A stretch of 64,000 bases of DNA from a bacterium. GTDB taxonomy: Bacteria; Armatimonadota; Zipacnadia; Zipacnadales; UBA11051. The notes below the pieces were generated by a model. That model did not search any database and was not told the DNA's origin. It was given only the letters and a program-made list of their open reading frames with translations. The DNA lies in NCBI GenBank assembly GCA_021372615.1, contig JAJFUB010000018.1:8193-72192 (forward strand), read 5' to 3'. A program made the position numbers and the translations under genes. How positions within the stretch are numbered: position 1 is the first letter of the stretch; each line of letters begins with the position of its first letter. Below are positions 1 through 6,567 of the stretch, one piece after another.

Positions 1-1
1 G

Positions 2-310
2 GTGTGCGTGGCGTGCTATGAGGCGGAGATGAACGTGGTGCTGCACGCGCGTTCGGGGTATGTGGCCGTGGACCTGTTCCCCGACCGCGTGGTGCTGCAG
101 ATCCTGGACCAGGGGCCGGGGATCGAGGACGTGGCGTTGGCGATGACGCCGGGGTGGTCGTCGGCCTCCGAAGAGGCCCGGGCACTCGGGTTCGGCGCGG
201 GCATGGGGCTGCCGAACATCAAGGCGCAGGCGGACGCGATGGAGATCGAGAGCGAGCCAGGGCAGGGCGTGAAGATGCGCCTGGTGTTTGAAATGAGGGC
301 GAACCCGTGA
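2..310 (+). CDS. histidine kinase-like ATPase / anti-sigma-regulatory-factor-like protein, hydrogenase-associated (5' end truncated by window edge)
   Basis: HATPase_c-like C-terminal motifs (LDQGPGIED, GFGAGMGLPNIK, GQGVKMRLVFE). The stop overlaps the next start (translational coupling). It sits in a hydrogenase operon context. Confidence 0.55.
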   Translation: MCVACYEAEMNVVLHARSGYVAVDLFPDRVVLQILDQGPGIEDVALAMTPGWSSASEEARALGFGAGMGLPNIKAQADAMEIESEPGQGVKMRLVFEMRANP

Positions 311-648
311 GCGTGACCGTGTCCGCAGTGATCGAGCGGCTGGGCCTGCAGGCGGCGGGGGGCGCCGACAATACCGAGACCGAAGTCACCGGCGCGCAGG
401 TGTGCGACCTGCTGAGCCACGTCATGGCCCAGGGACGCGCGGGGCAAGTCTGGATCACGATCCAGACCCACGCCAACATCATCGCCGTGGCGGCGCTGGC
501 CAAGCTGGCGGCGGTGATCGTGGCCGGCGGTTTCGCGCCCGAGGAAGAGACGATCATGCGGGCCGAGGAGGAGGGCATTGCGCTGCTGCTGTCGCGGGAG
601 AAGGCGTACACGCTGGCGGGGCAGTTGTATGAGATGGGAGTGAGGTGA
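307..648 (+). CDS. DRTGG domain protein (hydrogenase-operon accessory)
   Basis: 113 aa with a DRTGG-like pattern (HVMAQGRAGQVWITIQTHANIIAVAALAKLAAVIVAGG). GTG start overlaps the upstream stop. Confidence 0.55.
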   Translation: MSVTVSAVIERLGLQAAGGADNTETEVTGAQVCDLLSHVMAQGRAGQVWITIQTHANIIAVAALAKLAAVIVAGGFAPEEETIMRAEEEGIALLLSREKAYTLAGQLYEMGVR

Positions 649-845
649 GGGGCGGGGGTTGGGGATTGGGCATTGGGGATTGGGGACGGCGGAGGCAACG
701 GCTCGGATCTGCCTCACCCCCGGCGGCGGGGCCCGCCGCACACGTGAGACCGCAAGCGGTCTCGGCGGCACCCGCCGCCTGAGTGTTGCCCTACATGCCC
801 GGCCTTCACCAATGCCCAGTACCCAATGCCCAATCCCTAATGCCC
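649..845. repeat. G-tract spacer GGGGTTGGGGATTGGGCATTGGGGATTGGGG (649-690) and an inverted C-tract copy (812-845) flanking an intergenic region that also carries the ATCTGCCTCACCCCCGGC and GGCACCCGCCGCCTGAGTG motifs
   Basis: Four or more G-runs of 3-4 with 1-4-nt loops (canonical G-quadruplex motif) immediately after the DRTGG stop. The reverse-complement arrangement occurs 120 bp downstream. Confidence 0.6.
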
Positions 846-1706
846 AACACCTCCCTAGACCTGCATATCCATTCGGCGCTGTCACCGTGCGCTGACGAGG
901 CGATGCGGCCACCAGCGGTGCTGCTGACAGCGGAGCGGCGGGGGCTGGACGTGGTGGGGATCGTGGACCACTCAACGGGGCGGAACGGGTGGGCGTTTCT
1001 GACGGCGGCGGCGGCGTTTGAGGTGCAGGTGCTGGCGGGCCTGGAGATCGAGAGCAGTGAGGGCGTGCACCTGCTGGCGCTGTTCGATGGTCGCGAGGCG
1101 TTGGAGGATTTCGACGGGCTGGTGGCGCAACATCTGCCCGGCGGGTTGAACCGGCCGGAGGTGCTGGGGCCGCAACTACTGCTAGATGAGTGGGGCGAAG
1201 TGATCGGGGAGGAGCAGCGGCTGCTCATCACGGCGGTGGACCTGGGGCTGGAGCGGCTGGTGGCCATGATCGCCGATCATGGGGGGCTGAGCATCGCTGC
1301 TCACGTGGACCGGAATGCGAACGGGCTCCTGCCGACGCTGGGGTTCGTGCCGCCGAAGCTGCAGGTGGACCTACTGGAAGTGTCGTGGCGCATGACGCCG
1401 GCGGAGGCGCGGCGGCGGTGGCCGGAACTGGAGGCGTGGCCGCTGATCCGTAGCTCGGATGCGCATGTGCTGGAGGAGATCGGGCAGGGGAGCACGGTGG
1501 TGGAGGGGGGAGGCAAAGGCGACGGCTCCTCACCCCTACCCCTCTCCCTCGCGCGCGGTGAGGCTGCGCGCTCCGGAGAGGGGAACGGCAACGGCAAAGG
1601 CAACGGCAGCGACAACGGCTTGCCGGCTGGAAGCCGGCGCTCCTACGGCCTGCGGCAGTGGGTAGGGGAACTGGCGGAGGCGGTGCGGGTGAGCGAGGAT
1701 GCGTGA
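840..1706 (+). CDS. PHP (polymerase/histidinol-phosphatase) domain protein. The C-terminal region carries an in-frame palindromic repeat insertion.
   Basis: N-terminal LDLHIHSALSPCAD, VGIVDHST and later AAHVDRN motifs typical of PHP metal sites. The six-frame ORF starts at 783 but an internal Met at 840 precedes the PHP motif. The ORF runs through repeat element 1528-1650. Confidence 0.6.
   Translation: MPNTSLDLHIHSALSPCADEAMRPPAVLLTAERRGLDVVGIVDHSTGRNGWAFLTAAAAFEVQVLAGLEIESSEGVHLLALFDGREALEDFDGLVAQHLPGGLNRPEVLGPQLLLDEWGEVIGEEQRLLITAVDLGLERLVAMIADHGGLSIAAHVDRNANGLLPTLGFVPPKLQVDLLEVSWRMTPAEARRRWPELEAWPLIRSSDAHVLEEIGQGSTVVEGGGKGDGSSPLPLSLARGEAARSGEGNGNGKGNGSDNGLPAGSRRSYGLRQWVGELAEAVRVSEDA
1528..1650. 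repeat. family-1 palindromic element (CCTCACCCCTACCCCTCTCCCTCGC...GCTCCGGAGAGGGGAACGGCAACGGC) plus family-2 element (GCCGGCTGGAAGCCGGCGCTCCTACGG), lying inside the PHP ORF
   Basis: Near-identical copies at 10560-10650, 11440-11500, 20090-20150, 27860-27900 and 27990-28050. Family-2 copies at 34875-34905, 53600-53650, 30775-30810 and 56672-56700. Confidence 0.8.
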
Positions 1707-2244
1707 GCTGGCCCTGCACCTGTTGGATATCGCGCGGAACTCGATCGAGGCCGGGGCGACGGCGCTGGAGCTCGAGGTGTGTGAGGAGCCGGCGGCCGAT
1801 GAGTTGACATTCCGCGTGCGGGACAATGGGCGGGGGATGGACGCGGAAGCCCTGCGGCGAGCGACCGATCCTTTTTTTTCAACTCGCACGACGAGGAAGC
1901 AGGGATTGGGTCTCTCGTTGTTGAAGGAAGCCTGCGAGCGGAGCGAGGGGGGGCTCGAGGTGGAGTCGGCGCCAGGGGTCGGAACTACGGTGCGCGGGCG
2001 GATGCGCCTGTCGCATTTGGATCGGCCGCCGCTGGGGAAGATGGGGGGCGTGATCCAGGCGCTGGCATGTGAGGGGGAGCGGGTGAGCTTGCGGTACCGG
2101 CACGTGGTGGGGGGCCGGGAGTTCGTGCTGGATACCGAGGCAGTACGCCGGGAGCTAGGCGGGGGGAGGGTGGATGACCCGGCGGTGCTATGCTGGATTG
2201 AGCGGAGTGTAGAGGAGGGACTGACCGCGCTACACTCGGTTTGA
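1699..2244 (+). CDS. histidine kinase-like ATPase (HATPase_c only, no sensor domain), hydrogenase-operon accessory
   Basis: N/G1/G2-box-like motifs (LLDIARNSIEAGA, VRDNGRGMD, GLGLSLLKEACE, GVGTTV). Its start overlaps the PHP stop. Confidence 0.65.
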   Translation: MRELALHLLDIARNSIEAGATALELEVCEEPAADELTFRVRDNGRGMDAEALRRATDPFFSTRTTRKQGLGLSLLKEACERSEGGLEVESAPGVGTTVRGRMRLSHLDRPPLGKMGGVIQALACEGERVSLRYRHVVGGREFVLDTEAVRRELGGGRVDDPAVLCWIERSVEEGLTALHSV

Positions 2245-2362
2245 GACGGCAGGCGGTGGGGTCGGCAACAGGCGTGAAAGTCGTGGATCAGCGACTGTGA
2301 CCGTGCTCGCAGAAGGGTGTATGCGAGCCGGGAGCAGTCGCTACGGTTGGTGGTGTAGCCAC

Positions 2363-2380
2363 TTGTGACTTTTTTCACAA
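2363..2380. promoter_or_regulatory. Rex-type (redox-sensing repressor) operator-like palindrome upstream of the hydrogenase structural genes
   Basis: TTGTGAC-TTTT-TTCACAA has one mismatch to the Rex consensus TTGTGAA-N4-TTCACAA. It also contains TGTGA-N6-TCACA (CRP-like). It lies 47 bp upstream of the ferredoxin/hydC/hydB/hydA block. Confidence 0.5.
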
Positions 2381-2426
2381 TCTCAATCAGTTTGCATCGC
2401 ACCGTATCGGAAGGAGGCAGTACCAG

Positions 2427-2801
2427 GTGAAAACGCGTCAAGACCTGCAGGCTCTGCGTGAGAAAGCCAGAGCGGCCCTGGCTGTCCGAGACAGCCAGGG
2501 CGGGGCACGGGTGGTTATCGCCATGGGCACGTGCGGGATCGGGGCCGGGGCCCGAGAGGTGCTGGGAGCGCTGCTGGACGAGCTGTCCTTGCGGGGCCTG
2601 AGCGAGGTGACGGTGTCCCAGACAGGCTGCAAGGGGCTGTGCGACCAGGAGCCGCTGGTGGAGGTGCACATGCCGGGGATGCCGTCGGTGAGCTACGGGC
2701 GGGTGACGCCGCAGATCATGCGGCGGATCGTGGCCGAGCAGATCGTGAATGGTCAGGTGGTATCGGAGTATGCCATCGCGACCGGAACGGAGGCGGGTTA
2801 G
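2427..2801 (+). CDS. thioredoxin-like [2Fe-2S] ferredoxin (small hydrogenase subunit, HydD-like)
   Basis: 124 aa with a CxxxxC...CxxC pattern (GTCGIGAGA...GCKGLCDQEP) as in the NuoE C-terminal/2Fe-2S Trx-like fold. GTG start with GGAAGGAGG RBS at 2411-2419. Confidence 0.7.
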   Translation: MKTRQDLQALREKARAALAVRDSQGGARVVIAMGTCGIGAGAREVLGALLDELSLRGLSEVTVSQTGCKGLCDQEPLVEVHMPGMPSVSYGRVTPQIMRRIVAEQIVNGQVVSEYAIATGTEAG

Positions 2802-3281
2802 ATGGCTGCGGCCGAGAACATCTGTTGCGAGACCTTCGGCAAGATTGACGAGATCATCGCCCGCAAGGGGAGCACCCCGGACAGCCTGATCGAGGTGCTG
2901 CACGGGGTGCAGGAGGAGCTGGGCTACCTACCCCAGGCGGTGCAGGAGTATGTGGCCGGGAAGCTGGGGCTGGCCGTGGGGGCCGTGGAAGGGGTCATCA
3001 CCTTCTACAGCTTCTTCACGACCGTGCCGCGCGGGCGGCACAGCATCAAGGTCTGCCAGGGCACGGCCTGCTATGTGCGCGGCGGCAAGCGGGTGCTGGA
3101 GGCGGTGGCGAAGCACTGCGGGTGCGGCGTGGGCGAGACCTCCGAGGACATGCGCTACAGCCTGGACGTGGTGCGCTGCGTCGGGGCGTGCGGGCTGTCA
3201 CCGGTGATGACGGTCGGCGAGGACATCTACGAGCGGGTCAAGCCGACGAAGGTCACGGACATTCTGAACAAGTACGAGTGA
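2802..3281 (+). CDS. hydC: NADH:quinone oxidoreductase subunit E-like [2Fe-2S] protein (hydrogenase HydC/gamma)
   Basis: NuoE signature CQGTACYVRGG...CGCGVGETSEDMRYSLDVVRCVGACGLSPVMTV. ATG immediately follows the upstream stop. Confidence 0.85.
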   Translation: MAAAENICCETFGKIDEIIARKGSTPDSLIEVLHGVQEELGYLPQAVQEYVAGKLGLAVGAVEGVITFYSFFTTVPRGRHSIKVCQGTACYVRGGKRVLEAVAKHCGCGVGETSEDMRYSLDVVRCVGACGLSPVMTVGEDIYERVKPTKVTDILNKYE

Positions 3282-3332
3282 GGTGGGGGTTAGGCATTGG
3301 GGATTGGGCTTTGGGGCTTTGGGATCGGCAAT
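3282..3332. repeat. G-tract spacer (GGTGGGGGTTAGGCATTGGGGATTGGGCTTTGGGGCTTTGGG) between hydC and hydB
   Basis: Same motif family as 649-690, directly after a stop codon and before the RBS. Confidence 0.6.
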
Positions 3333-3345
3333 CAGGAGGATACAG

Positions 3346-6300
3346 ATGCCTGCGTTTAGATCACATGTGCTGGTGTGCGCCGGGGCCGGTTGCGTCTCGT
3401 CGGGGTCACAAGCCGTGGCGGACGCGCTGGAACAGGCGATTGTCGAGAGCGGCCTGAGCGGAGAGATCAAGGTCATCCGCACGGGCTGCATGGGATCGTG
3501 CGACCTGGGGCCGGTGGCCGTGGTGTATCCCGAGGGCGTCTTCTATCAGAAGCTGACGCCGGACGACTGCGCGGTGCTCGTCGAGGAGCACCTGCTGAAG
3601 GGGCGACCGGTGGAGCGGCTGATGTACATGCCGACCGAGGAGTACAAGCCGGCGCTAAGCATGGACGAGATCCCCTTCTTCTCGCTACAGCAGAAGGTCG
3701 TGCTGCGCAACTGCGGCGAGATTGACCCGGGGAACATCGAGGAATACATCGCGCGCGACGGCTACGAGGCGCTGGCCAAGGCGCTGACCGAGATGACGCC
3801 GCAGCAGGTCATCGAGGAGGTCAAGCAGTCGGGCCTGCGCGGGCGCGGGGGCGGCGGCTTCCCGACGGGGCTGAAGTGGGAGCTGACCGCCAAGAGCGCA
3901 GAGACGCCCAAGTACGTGGTGTGCAATGCGGACGAGGGCGACCCGGGCGCGTTCATGGACCGGAGCGTGCTGGAGGGCGACCCGCACAGCGTCATCGAGG
4001 CGATGACCATCGCGGGCTACGCCATCGGGGCGAACAAGGGCTATGTGTACGTGCGGGCGGAGTACCCGCTGGCCATCGCGCGGCTGGGCATGGCGCTGGA
4101 ACAGGCGCGGCAGTTGGGCCTGCTGGGGCAGAACGTCTTCGGGTCGGAGCACAGCTTCGACATCGAGATGCGCATGGGCGCCGGGGCGTTCGTGTGCGGC
4201 GAGGAGACGGCGCTGATGGCCTCCATCGAGGGCCGGCGCGGCGAGCCGCGGCCCCGTCCCCCCTTCCCCGCCCAGAAGGGCCTCTACAACAAGCCCACGC
4301 TGCTCAACAACGTGGAGACGTACGCGAACATCGCGCCGATCATCCTCCACGGCGGGCAGTGGCTGGCGAGCATCGGCACCGAGAAGAGCAAGGGGACGAA
4401 GGTGTTCGCGCTGGCCGGGCATGTGAACAACACGGGCCTGGTGGAGGTGCCCATGGGCACGCCGCTGGGCACGATCATCTACGAGATCGGCGGCGGCATC
4501 CGCAACGGGCGGAAGTTCAAGGCGGCGCAGTCGGGCGGGCCGTCGGGCGGGTGCATCCCCAAGGAGCACCTGAACACGCCGGTGGATTACGAGAGCCTCA
4601 AGGAGCTGGGCTCGATCATGGGCTCCGGCGGCCTGATCGTGATGGATGACACGACGTGCATGGTGGACCTGGCGCGGTTCTTCCTGGAGTTCGTGCAGGA
4701 CGAATCGTGCGGCAAGTGCCCGCCGTGCCGCATCGGGACCAAGCGGATGCTGGAGATTCTCGAGCGCATCTGCGCCGGGCAGGGGCGGGAAGGCGACATC
4801 GAGCTGCTCATCGAGCTGGGCGAGCAGATCAAGCTGACCAGCCTGTGCGGCCTGGGGCAGACAGCGCCGAACCCGGTGCTGAGCACCATCCGGTACTTCC
4901 GCGATGAGTATGAGGAGCACATCCGCGACAAGCACTGCCGCGCGGGAGTGTGCACCGAGATGATGAAGGCGCCGTGCGAACACGCCTGCCCGGCCGGGGT
5001 GGATGTGCCGGCGTACGTGGCGCTGATCGCCGAGGGGCGCTTCGACGAGGCCTACGACGTGATCCGCGACACGAACCCCTTCCCGTCGGTGTGCGGGCGG
5101 GTGTGCACGGCGTACTGCGAGCTGCAGTGCCGGCGGGGGCAACTGGATGACCCGGTGGCCATCCGGCTGCTGAAGCGGGCAGCGGCGGACCACCACACGC
5201 GGCCGTGGCAGCCGCCCCTGGAGCCGCAGCGGCACCAGCGGGTGGCCATCGTGGGAGGAGGCCCGGCGGGGCTGACGGCGGCGGCGGACCTGGTGCGCAA
5301 GGGGTACGAGGTGACGGTGTTCGAGAAGGAGGCGCTGCCGGGCGGGATGATGATGCTCGGAATCCCCGAATACCGCCTGCCCCAGGATGTGCTGCAGCAG
5401 GAGATCCAGGAGATCGTGAACCTGGGCGTGGAGCTGAAGACCGGGGTGAGCTTCGGACGGGACATCACGCTGCAGAGCCTATCTGACGACGGATACGGGG
5501 CGATCCTGCTGGCGGTCGGATGCCAGGAGGGCATGCCCCTGGAGGCGCCCGGCAGCGAGGCTGAGGGCGTCATGGACGCAGTCAAGTTCCTGCGGGACGT
5601 GAACCTGCAACGCCCGCCGGCGATCGGCAAGCGGGTGGCGGTGATCGGGGGCGGAGACACGGCCATCGACTCGGCGCGGTCGGCGCTGCGGTTGGGGGCC
5701 GACGAAGTGCACCTGGTGTACCGGCGGACCGAGGAGGAGATGCCGGCCCATGCGGCCGAGATCGCCGAGGCGCGGCATGAGGGAGTGCAGTTCCACTTCC
5801 TGGCAGCGCCCAAGGAGGTCACGGTCGAGGACGGCAAGGTGGTCGGGATGGTGTGCCAGCAGATGCGGCTGGGCGACTTCGACCGCAGTGGCCGGCGGCG
5901 GCCCGAGCCCGTAGAGGGCGCGGACTTCGCGCTGGAGGTGGACACGATCATCCCGGCCATCGGCCAGAAGATCACCACCGACTGCCTGTGCGTGGAGGCG
6001 TCGCGCGGGAAGCTGTGCGCCGACCCGCGGACCCTGGTGACCAACCTGCCGCACGTGTTCGCGGCGGGCGACGCGACCGACGGGCCGATGACCGTCGTGG
6101 ACGCGATCGCGGACGGGCACAAGGCGGCCCGGGCCATCCACAGCTTCCTGTCCGGCGAGCCGCTGCCGGAGCCGAAGCGGCGAGCCAAGACGAAGGTGAT
6201 GGCCGAGGCGATGGCGGCGCTGGAGGAGGCGACGGAGGAGGAGCCCGCGGCGGAGCCGCAGCGTGTGTCGGATGCCTACCGGCGCTCAGGGTTCTGCGAG

Positions 6301-6387
6301 GTGGAGCTGGGGTACTCGATGCCGGTGGCGTGCCGAGAGGCGTCGCGGTGCCTGCACTGCGACTTCGTGATGGTGGAGGAGGAGTAG
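3346..6387 (+). CDS. hydB: NuoF-like flavoprotein subunit of [FeFe] hydrogenase (HydB/beta). It has an N-terminal Trx-like [2Fe-2S] domain and a C-terminal glutamate-synthase-small-subunit (GltD/NfnB/DPD-like) FAD/NAD(P)H domain.
   Basis: The ATG at 3346 has an AGGAGG RBS; the six-frame ORF start at 3283 lies in a G-tract spacer. NuoF motifs are present (GRGGGGFPTGLKWE, CGKCPPCRIG, SLCGLGQTAPNPV). GltD/DPD-like Fe-S helical domain (CEHACPAGVDVPAYV, CGRVCTAYCELQC). Rossmann folds VAIVGGGPAGLTAAADL and VAVIGGGDTAIDSAR. Confidence 0.85.
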   Translation: MPAFRSHVLVCAGAGCVSSGSQAVADALEQAIVESGLSGEIKVIRTGCMGSCDLGPVAVVYPEGVFYQKLTPDDCAVLVEEHLLKGRPVERLMYMPTEEYKPALSMDEIPFFSLQQKVVLRNCGEIDPGNIEEYIARDGYEALAKALTEMTPQQVIEEVKQSGLRGRGGGGFPTGLKWELTAKSAETPKYVVCNADEGDPGAFMDRSVLEGDPHSVIEAMTIAGYAIGANKGYVYVRAEYPLAIARLGMALEQARQLGLLGQNVFGSEHSFDIEMRMGAGAFVCGEETALMASIEGRRGEPRPRPPFPAQKGLYNKPTLLNNVETYANIAPIILHGGQWLASIGTEKSKGTKVFALAGHVNNTGLVEVPMGTPLGTIIYEIGGGIRNGRKFKAAQSGGPSGGCIPKEHLNTPVDYESLKELGSIMGSGGLIVMDDTTCMVDLARFFLEFVQDESCGKCPPCRIGTKRMLEILERICAGQGREGDIELLIELGEQIKLTSLCGLGQTAPNPVLSTIRYFRDEYEEHIRDKHCRAGVCTEMMKAPCEHACPAGVDVPAYVALIAEGRFDEAYDVIRDTNPFPSVCGRVCTAYCELQCRRGQLDDPVAIRLLKRAAADHHTRPWQPPLEPQRHQRVAIVGGGPAGLTAAADLVRKGYEVTVFEKEALPGGMMMLGIPEYRLPQDVLQQEIQEIVNLGVELKTGVSFGRDITLQSLSDDGYGAILLAVGCQEGMPLEAPGSEAEGVMDAVKFLRDVNLQRPPAIGKRVAVIGGGDTAIDSARSALRLGADEVHLVYRRTEEEMPAHAAEIAEARHEGVQFHFLAAPKEVTVEDGKVVGMVCQQMRLGDFDRSGRRRPEPVEGADFALEVDTIIPAIGQKITTDCLCVEASRGKLCADPRTLVTNLPHVFAAGDATDGPMTVVDAIADGHKAARAIHSFLSGEPLPEPKRRAKTKVMAEAMAALEEATEEEPAAEPQRVSDAYRRSGFCEVELGYSMPVACREASRCLHCDFVMVEEE

Positions 6388-6404
6388 GTGGCAAGTGGGG
6401 CGCG

Positions 6405-6495
6405 ACGGTCGCGGTCGGTGACCGACATCTGCCTCACCCCCGGCCCCTCTCCTTCGCGCTCGATACGGCTGAGCGCTCAGGAGAGGGGGGAGCGA
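6405..6495. repeat. family-3 palindrome (GTCGCGGTCGGTGACCGAC) plus a family-1-like hairpin (CCCCTCTCCTTCGCGC...GCGCTCAGGAGAGGGG)
   Basis: Intergenic region between hydB and hydA. Shared motif ATCTGCCTCACCCCCGGC also at 706-723. Confidence 0.7.
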
Positions 6496-6567
6496 CGTGG
6501 AACGGCCCCGCCCACTGCGGCACCTCAGCCGAGCGCCGGCGGGGAGAAAGGCAAAGGAGACTGATCC

